This document shows positions 51,546 to 61,370 of a stretch of 64,000 bases of DNA, piece after piece. Below the pieces are notes generated by a model. It was given only the letters and a program-made list of their open reading frames with translations, was not told where the DNA came from and made no database searches. Position 1 is the first letter of the stretch; the number at the start of each line of letters is the position of its first letter. The stretch is from NCBI GenBank assembly GCA_964016885.1, contig OZ024740.1:396676001-396740000 (forward strand), read 5' to 3'. A program made the translations under genes and the position numbers. Source of the stretch: Eledone cirrhosa. Lineage: Eukaryota.

Positions 51546-52784
51546 CCAAAGAGTAAGAGGGATCAAATTTTTGTGAACATAAATAAATGATATATCAGCT
51601 CTCCTCCCTGACTGAGAGCTGTTTTACTTTTCCGTTTTCACACCTACGTATATTTTACATATTACTACATATATATAGTCTGTAGTGCTGAAACGAAGGA
51701 GACCACAAATCATGAGAGTACTCAATGCATGGGGAGATGCAGAGTGGGTATAGAGATAAGTATAATACCGACCACAGGCACCAACCAGTTTCGGCTTGTG
51801 TGTTCCACAAGTCGAAACCACTTGATGCTGTGGTTGGTATTATACCAATCTGTCTGTCTGTCTGTTTGTCTCTCTCTCTCTATATATATATATAATGAGA
51901 AAAACTGAGTAATAGTGAATATTTTCCCCCTATGGCTCTGTTTTAACCATAAACAATATATACATATATGTGTGTGTTAGTATATATATATATATGTGTG
52001 TGTTTGTGTGTATATCTATATATATATGTGTGTGTATATCTATATATATGTGTGTGTGTAGAAGAAAATAGTAATATGTTCATTTATATATTTTGTTTCG
52101 AGTCATGAAATATTTTCTGTAGATAATCTTTATTATTAAAACGATACTTCATCAAATGTTCATGAAATACAGCAGAAGTACTACTTCAAAGCAAGTAGGA
52201 GCTATACAGAAAAATGATAAACATGTTATTTTGCATGCTTGTTTCCTTTTATGTAGCATCACATGTGGAAACACTTTTGTTGTCTGGCACAACTATTTTC
52301 GATCTTTTAATATTTGTCTCCTATTTGTGTAGTTTCAACTTGTTTGCTACATATCACCTGAGGTTGATCATTATCTTACCAAGGTAACAAAAAAAAAAAG
52401 ATCAAATTAATATTGTTTCTTATTCTTTCACTAATATTGTGATTAAATTAAAAATAGATTTATGTTGTTAAATTTACTAATTGCAGTTATATGAAAGATA
52501 TTGAATGTGATAGATATTGCAGATGAGAGAGGTAAGGAAATAGTTGGCAATGATAACAGTAACTATTATGATGATGTTGATAGTGTAAAGGTAAAATTGA
52601 AAATGGTAAGAAGCTGGTTATACAGACTGTGTATGTGTTTGTAGGAAAGTAAGAAAGTGTGTGAGGAATTAATGAAAAGAGAGGAAAAGAAAGTGAAATT
52701 GAGAGATAAAGAAATGTGATAGAGAGAGTGACAGAAAATATGAGAGATAGAGAGAGAATTCAAAAGAGTGAAATGGAAAATAGT

Positions 52785-52793
52785 GAGGTAGAC

Positions 52794-52846
<53 letters not shown>

Positions 52847-52851
52847 AAGAG

Positions 52852-52891
<40 letters not shown>

Positions 52892-52966
52892 GATTGAAAA
52901 AGAGAGACAAAAGAGATTGAAAAAGAGAGACAAAAGAGATAGATAGAGAGAAAACAGAGTGAGAAA

Positions 52967-53009
<43 letters not shown>

Positions 53010-53122
53010 TGAGAGAAAACAGAGTGAAGAAGAGAGAGAGAAAACAGAGTGAAGAAGAGAGAGAGAAAGAGAAAGGGAGAGAGAGAAAACAGAGTGAACA
53101 AGAGAGAGAGAGAGAAAGAGAG
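52785..53122. repeat. (GATA)n/(GA)n compound microsatellite
   Basis: Direct reading; source of spurious SLSL ORFs. Confidence 0.95.
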
Positions 53123-53285
53123 ACTCAGTGCACACATGTTTCTTCATAGCCAAAGGATAACATACTCTCCTGGTTTTGAACAAAAAGAAAGAAAATTTGG
53201 ACAAATATTACTACTGAATGAACTGCATGTACCTACATTGAACGCAACTTACACTATAGAAAATTGCTTTATCAGATCTACTTAC

Positions 53286-53362
53286 GGCTTTAATCTTTCT
53301 AATTCACGTTGCACAGTTCTTGTTTTATTTGGCTCCATGCTATTGCAGTTGGATTTTCCCAT
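53286..53362 (-). CDS. CNGB1: Probable first coding exon of the CNG beta subunit gene
   Basis: ATG at 53362 preceded by in-frame TAA; MGKSNCNSMEPNKTRTVQRELERLK+CC then consensus donor gtaagt; phase 2 matches exon 39854 (CC+G=Pro). Supported by splice signals and frame only, not by homology. Confidence 0.62.
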
Positions 53363-53521
53363 GGAAGACTTATGTTAAGAAATGATTTTTCTACAGAATT
53401 CGATTCTTAAGAACATGGCCTAGTGTTTTCCAATAACAACATCTTTGCACGTAAGTAGATTGCTTTCTGTTTCAATTATTAATAAGTAAGTTTTTTTCAG
53501 AGCTGCCCTTATAATAAACTT

Positions 53522-53535
53522 ATAACCCTGGCAAC
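53522..53535 (-). promoter_or_regulatory. Candidate RFX X-box
   Basis: GTTGCCAGGGTTAT on the minus strand, 160 bp upstream of the predicted ATG; close to the GTTGCCATGGYAAC consensus. Confidence 0.4.
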
Positions 53536-53902
53536 TATACCATGTGACCGGGTTTTGGTACTGTCAAGCAAGAACTAAGCCATGGCTATAAAGGGACATA
53601 ACTGGTCCTCAGTGTTTGACAGAATACGTGGAGTAGGAACATTTCCTGGTAAATATGATATCAATTCATTAAAATAAGAACTACATAGAACTTTCCAGTT
53701 TTAGCAGCGACATACTTATTTCTTCATATAAGACAGCGATAAGACAAATTTCTTCCTTTTGTCTTTATAAAGATTAACAAAATGATTATTAGAAACCATT
53801 TTATTAAGCTAGAACACATGGAGATATCAGTAATTACTGAACAAGAAGTTCCAGTTAAGGTCTATTGCAAAATACAAAAATATTGACTGAGGCAGATATG
53901 CA

Positions 53903-53923
53903 TCACACACACACACACATAAA

Positions 53924-53972
<49 letters not shown>

Positions 53973-53978
53973 TTATAT

Positions 53979-54034
<56 letters not shown>

Positions 54035-54062
54035 GTGTATGTGTATATATATATATACATGT

Positions 54063-54110
<48 letters not shown>

Positions 54111-54177
54111 GTGTATGTGTATATATATATATATACATACATGTGTATGTGTATATATATATATATACATACATGTG

Positions 54178-54219
<42 letters not shown>

Positions 54220-54250
54220 CATGTGTATGTGTGTATATATATATATATGT
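53903..54250. repeat. Compound (TA)n/(TG)n microsatellite with ACATGTGTATGTG spacer units
   Basis: Direct reading. Confidence 0.95.
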
Positions 54251-54328
54251 AGGAGGTGAGTTTTATTGATATGTTGATTTAAACTGCACTATTCACAAGT
54301 GTTTTTTAACCTTCATATCATGTCTCCC

Positions 54329-54399
54329 TATTTTATCTGACGAAAACGCAAATGTCATCGCATGATGATATTTGTTTTTGAAATGCGCATAATAAAATA
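54329..54399 (+). ncRNA. Type I hammerhead ribozyme (palindromic minimal stem III)
   Basis: Stem I TATTTTAT/ATAAAATA; core CTGACGA; 16-bp stem II with GCAT loop; GAAA; palindromic ATGCGCAT stem III; AUA cleavage triplet (after 54391). Confidence 0.85.
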
Positions 54400-54429
54400 C
54401 ATGGAACTCTTTTAACCATCTTTTGATCT

Positions 54430-54482
<53 letters not shown>

Positions 54483-55199
54483 AAGAGAGAGAAAGAGAGA
54501 GACTAACAACCTCTATCAATGAGTTTCTGGTTAAATCTAATAAGTTTTATTAAGATATGATGTTATAATAGAATTTCAACATATAAAAGACTTAAGAGTA
54601 ATGAAATTAGAGCTATATTATCAATTTTGTGAGAAGAACCCCTGAGCTTTTGAAAGAGATAGAAAGATATCAGTCTTTGAAGATTGTATCGATATTAAAA
54701 ACTACCAAAAGTAAATGAACTTTATATGTGCTTGCATGTATTCGGAAAATAGATGACTTTCATAGAATAAACTATTTCCTACAGAACACAATAACTCAGT
54801 AGACAGGTGTTTTCTGAAATTTGATGTAAAGACAAAATGACTTCATTAAAGTTCACTTGCTTGTTTATATGAATGCAGAAACTTTATTGGTGCTAATACT
54901 AAATAATGGCTGTTCTATTCAAAGAAAAAATTATCGCCATGTTGCTACTAATATTTAGTTTTATGTATTTTTACTATGTAAGTAAAGATAACAGAGTTAT
55001 TTCAGCTTGTTCTGATATTTGCATATAGTTGTATTTAATATATTTGGTGAATGACTTGCACATACTTTCCAACATATATCTATACAATTATTATACTAAC
55101 ATACATACATTTACGCAGAACTATTCATATATTATGCAGACACACACATATGTATATATATAACTATATATACACACACTCATGCAAACACATGTATTA

Positions 55200-55238
<39 letters not shown>

Positions 55239-55922
55239 GCACACACACACATACTCACATACATACATCCATTCATCCATCACTCCATATACACACATGT
55301 ATGAAACTGTTGCATATGCAAAAACGTTTAACTCTAATCAGACAGCACATGTATACATATATATATTCTGATATAAACACACCAAAATGACCACTGTATA
55401 TAATTTTATAGCTTTACATACAAACAGATATACAGAAGATAGTAGATAACACCAATATTTAAATATTTAAGAAGAACAAATAACAGATGAAGTGCTGTGG
55501 AGTACACACCTGCATACTGTTTCCACACAGACAAACACAAATATTTTATACAAATTAATGTGTTCATCCCCACCTCCACACACACATGTATTTGCTGTCG
55601 AGTAGTACAATGTTACAAGTATTGAAGTTAGAAGTAAACTGATATTTTGTATATTCCTGAGTTTGGAGAAAAACAGGTTTTTATAAGGTTTTCATAAGAA
55701 AAATAGAGATAAAAGCAAAATTTGAAAAGTGGTTGGCTTTGGTTGGGCATATACAGACACTACCTAGAAGCTATAAAAATATATGATTATATACATACAT
55801 AACACTGGTGTTGTGTTGTGCATGTTTGTGTGTATGCATTTATATATATATATATATACACACAGACACACACAAACATACATATATATATATACATTCA
55901 TTTTATTAAGGCTGAATAGGGA

Positions 55923-55981
55923 GTCTTGTTACTCTGGAAATTTCGCCTGTTTATCACAGGGTCATCAGAGAGTAACAAGAC
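55923..55981 (-). ncRNA. Hammerhead ribozyme-like fold (atypical stem III)
   Basis: Minus: GTCTTGTTACTCT CTGATGA C-CCTG-TGATAAA-CAGG-C GAAA TTTCC AGAGTAACAAGAC; 13-bp stem I inside a larger inverted repeat (55901-56003). Confidence 0.6.
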
Positions 55982-56059
55982 ACACTAGTCAGCCTTAATA
56001 AAATAAATATCAAAACTCTACTTCAATATTGAGTATTCCTTTTTTTTCAGCCATCAACC

Positions 56060-56113
<54 letters not shown>

Positions 56114-56341
56114 AGAGAGAGAGAGAGAGAGTGAGAGAGGGAGGGTGGTATAAACCTGACTGCGACACCAAGTTGTTTTGGCTTGTGTTCAGCAAACCTT
56201 TTCAAGGGTGTAGTGGGGTTAAGAAGAATATTTTTTGTCTTTGGAAAAAATATTCTTTTATATATATATAGAGGTTGATCCCAAGTAAAATCGGAGGATA
56301 ACCACAGTTAAAAAAGGTACTGAATACATTAGTAGAGTGTA

Positions 56342-56441
56342 AGGTTGACTTTGCCTTTCATCCTTACGGGGTCGATAAAATAAAGTACCAGTAATGCACT
56401 GGGTAATTGCTGGCCTTGTGCCTAAAGTAGAAACAATTATT
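56342..56441 (+). mobile_element. SINE family B 3' half, inserted into a hammerhead-bearing element
   Basis: GCCTTTCATCCTTACGGGGTCGATAAAATAAAGTACCAG..AGAAACAATTATT between two parts that are contiguous in the 61240-61375 copy. Confidence 0.85.
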
Positions 56442-56530
56442 TCTACAGGACTAGAACTGTTTCATCCATATGAAATCATCAGACATTCCTGATGATTTCA
56501 TATGAATGAAACAGTTCTAATCCTGGGGAG

Positions 56531-56531
<1 letters not shown>
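56441..56531. ncRNA. Inverted pair of hammerhead cores (same family as 61320-61370), each partly degenerate
   Basis: Minus: CTGATGA TTTCATATGGAT GAAACAG TTCTAGTC CTGTA; plus: TTC CTGATGA TTTCATATGAAT GAAACAG TTCTAATC CTGGG; head-to-head with a 6-nt spacer. Confidence 0.7.
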
Positions 56532-56620
<89 letters not shown>

Positions 56621-56625
<5 letters not shown>

Positions 56626-56966
56626 CACATGGCTTAGTGGTTAGAGCATTGACCTTGCAATCGAAAGGTTGTGAGTTCAATTCTCAGACCGGGTGATGTG
56701 TTGTTTCCTTGAGCAAGACACTTTATTTCACATTGCTCCAGTTTACTCAGCTGTAGAAATGAGATGATAGGGACTGGGATCCATATCATTCCACTGCAAA
56801 GTGGTCGTGGAGGTGCCACGGCAAAAAAGTACCCAGCACTCACTGTAAATGAGGTTGGTGTTAGGAAGGGCATCCAGCTGTAGAAATCAAGCCAGCATCA
56901 GTTCCCGTCCCACCCTTGCAAGCAGGGAAAAAGCTGACGTAAAATGAAATGATGATGAAATGATGA
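56621..56966 (+). mobile_element. SINE family A
   Basis: Near-identical to 7391-7728. Confidence 0.93.
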
Positions 56967-57054
56967 TATATATATATATACACATGTATGTATGTGTATA
57001 TATATATATAATATGTGTGTATGTGTGCGTGTGTTTATGCATATATAATTAATA

Positions 57055-57208
57055 CCGTATTTCCAGACGCGGAAGACGCTACTTTTTTCCTGAAATAAGT
57101 CTAAAAAATCTACCATGTGTCCTGTTTATTATTTTTTTTCAAATTTTTGGTTGTCAAAATTAGGGTGCGTCCTCGAGGACGAAGCGTCTTTGGCATCAGG
57201 AAATACGG
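57055..57208. mobile_element. Tc1/mariner-superfamily MITE
   Basis: TA|CCGTATTTCC...GGAAATACGG|TA terminal inverted repeats, with internal AAGACGC/GCGTCTT symmetry. Confidence 0.85.
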
Positions 57209-57559
57209 TAGTTATAGCTGGGAATTGTTCTTAATGAAGGTATATTCTCTTTAAGAGAACACAGTTACTTTTCTCCGGAAAAGATATTTTTCATGTAAGA
57301 AATGAAATGATTTTCTACTATGTTTATAGCAGCCTAGTGTCTAATGTTTTGTATTACAAATACACCTACATTATGAATAGTATATTTCATAATTTTATGT
57401 ATAACTAACTCATACATATTAAATAAGAACACTGGATTAGATGAAAGTGTAAACAGCTTTATTTCATTTGACACTATTCTTGAACATAATTTAAATTTTT
57501 TTAAATTCATTAATTCTTAAAACATCTTGAAAAATTATGGAAACTAAAGTGATCTGAGG

Positions 57560-58295
57560 TAAACTACTCATGGAATAAAAAGCATTCTTAAAACACACAG
57601 AAAGTTCTTTGGCCAGTTTTAAATATTGGAACTGGCTAAAGAAGCATTCATATTCATTGAGGTGTCTTCAATGGAGCTGTCAAATCTTATGTCAAGCTGG
57701 CTTTCAGCAAAGATACCTGGTTGTTTCATGTAAGGATGGAACCTAAAGGTTTAGTAATGATTTTGCAAAGAAATCATGTTAGAACAGCTTGAAAAAGGTT
57801 GTAAACATTGTCCATTGGCTGTTGTGTTTGCTGTGTGGCAGTTGGAAAGAAGTAGGCTTATTGACCATTTTCTAAATGGAAAGAAGGCTGTTGAATAATC
57901 TTTGAAACCATTTATTTCAATTTTTTGTCATTCATGCAAAAGGAATTTCTGCTAAGGAAATCACATGGACCATGAACCATGTGTATTTAAACATTATTAA
58001 GGAGCTCTTTGTTCCTACCCACATCTAGGAACTTTATTGATATAATGGAATCAATTTGATTGGAGTGAATGTTATTTGTAAACTAGATCAAGATGTGTAC
58101 ATTGGTAAACTTTTTTGCCATTTTATAGTATAAATTATGACATCTGACCAATTCAGATATTTAGCAATTAGTAAGAAAATTCATCATTTTCCTCAGTTTT
58201 ATGTTGAAAATTCTTCCCGTGAGATCATGATCTCTTCTTGAATTTCTTTCCATCTGGAGTTGAAGATGAAAATAATGAGGAAGTCTGAATGCCTT
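57560..58295 (-). mobile_element. Helitron Rep/helicase coding remnant
   Basis: Minus frames: DFLIIFIFNSRWKEIQEEI, DHDLTGRIFNIKLRKMM, YTIKWQK..VHILI (HUH motif region), QIDSIIS, HMVHGPC, FFKL..DFFAKSLL; these match Helitron Rep motifs FITFT.N..W.EI / EWQKRG.PH.H / HGPC. Confidence 0.88.
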
Positions 58296-59091
58296 AAACA
58301 GTGAACATATGTCATTGAGAATAAAGAAAAAGAGAGAGAAAGAGGGAGAGAAAAGAGAAATAGAGGCGAGAGAAAAGAGAAAGAAAAATAGATAGAGAGA
58401 GTTAGAGGTAAAAGAGAAAGAAAAAATAGCAGAAAGAGAGTGATAAGGGAAAAAAGACAAAAGTAAGGAGAAATGAAAATGGAAAGAGAAAGAAAAAGTA
58501 GCAAGAGTTATAAAGGATGAAGAGATAGAGAGAAAGGGAGTAGAAACATGATGCATTAACAGTATTCAAGCAGCAAGAGAAAAGACAGAAGAAATAGGGT
58601 TAGCAATGTGAAACTGAATGACTCGGAGAGAGAAAGAGAGTGAGGCAAGAATAGCAGAACAAAAACACATGATAAAGCAAAGAGGTAATGTCAAGAGCAA
58701 ATGCAGCAAAGCTTTAACTCTTTAGCATTTAAACTAACCACATCCAGCCAGAATTCTCTCACCTTTTTCTGTTCAAGCTGGCTGTAACTGGCTGCTCATG
58801 CAGACATTAAGATATTGTTCTCAAAATAAATAATATCAAAATCTTGTAGATTCGATATTTTGTGAGGTAATTATGTAAGATAAAGCCTTTACCACAAAAT
58901 GAGGAGTAGAAACAGGTAAAGAAGTAAAACAGGGAGGAAGCACTATGGTGGCAGTAGTGAAGAAAGCAACAGCTACATACAAAAACTGGACAGGGAGAAG
59001 ATGAAAGTGTGATGAGGAGCAGGAGTAGTAATGCATAAAGCATTACAGGAGAGGGAGAGGCACACAAGTTTTTTGAAATATAATAATGATA

Positions 59092-59285
59092 ATAATTGTT
59101 TCTACTTCTGGCACAAGGCCAGCTATTACCCCAGTGTATTACTGGTACTTTATTTTATCGACCCTGTAAGGATGAAAGGCAAAGTTAACCTCGGCGGGAT
59201 TTGAACTCAGAATGGCAAGGGCCATAACTCAATGCGTCAAAGCATGGCGTCTGACCCTCTACCGATACTGCCAATCCACCGCCCT
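59092..59285 (-). mobile_element. SINE family B (well preserved)
   Basis: Reverse complement begins AGGGCGGTGGATTGGCAGTATCGGTAGAG, has B box GAGTTCAAATCCC, ends AGAAACAATTATT. Confidence 0.93.
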
Positions 59286-59318
59286 GATAATAATAATTTA
59301 TATATATATATATCATAG

Positions 59319-59609
59319 TCATTTCATTTTATGTTGGCTTTTTCCCTGCTTGCAAGGGTGGGACGGGAACTGATTCTGGCTTGATTTCCTAACACCAACC
59401 TCATTTACAGTGAGTGCTGGGTGCTTTTTTGCCGTGACATCTCCATGTCCACTTTGCAGTGGAATGATAGGGACCACAGCTGAGTAAACTGGAGCAATGT
59501 GAAATAAAGTGTCCTGCTCAAGGAAACAACACATCACCCGGTCTGAGAGTTGAACTCACAACCTTTCGATTGCAAGGCTAATGCTCTAACCACTAAGCCA
59601 TGTGCCTCC
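59319..59609 (-). mobile_element. SINE family A
   Basis: Reverse complement of 7391-7728 with small deletions. Confidence 0.92.
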
Positions 59610-59632
59610 ATATATATATATATATACAATAT

Positions 59633-59710
59633 AATTACCTCATTACCAGAGGTTTCCCGAATAAGACGAATACAAGAAACGTCCTCATTCGTTCGTCGGA
59701 CAAGGCAATT
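59633..59710 (-). ncRNA. Type I hammerhead ribozyme, core variant CCGACGA
   Basis: Stem I AATTGCCTTGT/ATGAGGTAATT (11 bp with G-U); CCGACGA; stem II CGAATGAGGACG/CGTCTTATTCG; GAAA; stem III ACC-TCT-GGT; GUA site. Confidence 0.72.
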
Positions 59711-59792
59711 TAAAACAGTGAAATATTTGGAAAATCTACTCAAGAAAGGCAAAAGTTTAACGGGCCAAAAAATATATAAATAAAAGTAATGC

Positions 59793-59921
59793 AAAAAATA
59801 TATGAGAATAAAAAAATTAAATCAAAGAGAAAGTAAGAGGGAGGGGTTATCAATTATAATTGATAACCCCTCCCTCTTACTTTCTCTTTGATTTAATTTT
59901 TTTTATTCTCATATATTTTTT
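59793..59921. repeat. Spacer-less palindrome (about 64-bp arms)
   Basis: Centre ..TTATCAATTA|TAATTGATAA.. at 59856/59857; arms differ only by one base in an A/T run. Confidence 0.93.
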
Positions 59922-60406
59922 CATTTTTATATATGTATCGACCTTCAGCCTGACACTGCTTTGACTGATACACTCCCTTCCCTATATATATCACTCACAT
60001 GTATGTGGTTGCGTGTGTGTGTGTTTATACGTGTGCTTTCATACTTGTATGTGTATATATTTCAATCCTTATTACCTGAGTCTGGATGTACGTTAACTCT
60101 ATTATCTTACAATTTCTTTTTCAACATATATTATATACGTATTTGTGGTCACACATACACTGATATGCTTGCCCTCATATATGTACTTACGCACACATTT
60201 TTTTCACTATACACATGCATTTGTACATACACACATATGTACATTTGTGAGTGAATATACACACATTTATACACATACCTTAACTATATTTCCTTATTTT
60301 ATTTTTATATATCTCTTGCATTACTTTTATTTATATATTTTTTTTCCCGTTAAACTTTTGCCTTTCTTGAGGAGATTTTTCAAATATTTCACTATGTTTT
60401 AAATTG

Positions 60407-60474
60407 CCTTGTCTGATGAACGAATGAGGACGTTTCTTGTATTCGTCTTATTCGGGAAACCTCTGGTAATGAGG
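60407..60474 (+). ncRNA. Type I hammerhead ribozyme (canonical core)
   Basis: CCTTGT CTGATGA [A CGAATGAGGACG-loop-CGTCTTATTCG G] GAAA CC-TCT-GG TA ATGAGG; cleavage predicted after 60468; inverted duplicate of 59633-59710. Confidence 0.8.
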
Positions 60475-60543
60475 AGCTCTGGTACTTACATAGAGCACTC
60501 TTCACTCCTATGACTTTTTCAATTTTCAACGGAAACTTTAATA

Positions 60544-60593
<50 letters not shown>

Positions 60594-60609
60594 TACATAC
60601 ATACATATA

Positions 60610-60933
60610 TAGTGGAACCTCATGAATGCCTCTCATCATGAATAAATTGATTCACAAACAATTTTTCTGAACATAAAATGTCTCAGTTCAAGAACAGTAT
60701 CTCGAGTAACAAAAACACAAGCCGATAAAAATGGTTGGCAACAAGCTAGGAGTATTGGTGATTCTGCGTCACTTGCTGTGTAGTTAGTTACTATAGTGAT
60801 ATCTATCTGTCTTTCACACACAGTCTCTCTCCCTCAACATTTCGTATGGGAAAAATAGTTTCTGTTTATGAACATTTTGGATGATGAACAGCCTTCAAGA
60901 ATAAATTAATTTCATGAAACTGAAGTTCCACTG
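60610..60933. mobile_element. Tigger/pogo-like MITE
   Basis: Termini (T)AGTGGAACCTC...GAAGTTCCACTG|TA, with subterminal TCATGAA symmetry. Confidence 0.7.
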
Positions 60934-60934
60934 T

Positions 60935-61222
60935 ATCATCATCATTTCATCATTTCATTTTTACGTCCGCTTTTTCCCTGCTTTCAAGGGTGGGACGGGA
61001 ACTGATGCTGGCTTGATTTCTACAGCTGGTTGCCCTTCCTAACATCAACCTCATTTACAGTGAGTGCTGGGTGTTTTTTGCCGTGGCACCTCCATGACCA
61101 CTTTGCAGTGGAATGATATGGACCCCAGTCCCTATCATCTCATTTCTACAGCTGAGTAAACTGGAGCAATGTGAAATAAAGTGACTTGCTCAAGGAAACA
61201 ACACATCAGCCGGTCTGAGAAT
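60935..61222 (-). mobile_element. SINE family A, 5'-truncated
   Basis: Reverse complement of 56680-56966; tRNA head missing. Confidence 0.9.
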
Positions 61223-61319
61223 TTATATATATATATATATGTTTATCCCGGGTTCAATCGGGGGTAACCACAGTAAGGTACTCAATACAAAGCAGAGTAT
61301 AAATATTTAATATAGAAGA

Positions 61320-61370
61320 GGCTTCTACAGGACTAGAACTGTTTCATTTGGGAGAAATCATCAGGAAGCC
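61320..61370 (-). ncRNA. Type I hammerhead ribozyme (canonical core, weak stem II)
   Basis: Minus: GGCTTC CTGATGA TTTCTCCCAAAT GAAA CAG-TTCTAGTC-CTG TA GAAGCC; perfect 6-bp stem I, 4-bp stem III, GUA site. Confidence 0.8.

Noticed and set aside
52566-55371. Long SLSL/YIYI/VCVC ORFs
   Set aside because: Microsatellite translations.
58161-58556. Possible upstream CNGB exon (tttaag acceptor-like site at about 58293)
   Set aside because: Translation matches Helitron Rep motifs with frameshifts; the upstream part is a GA-rich low-complexity tract.
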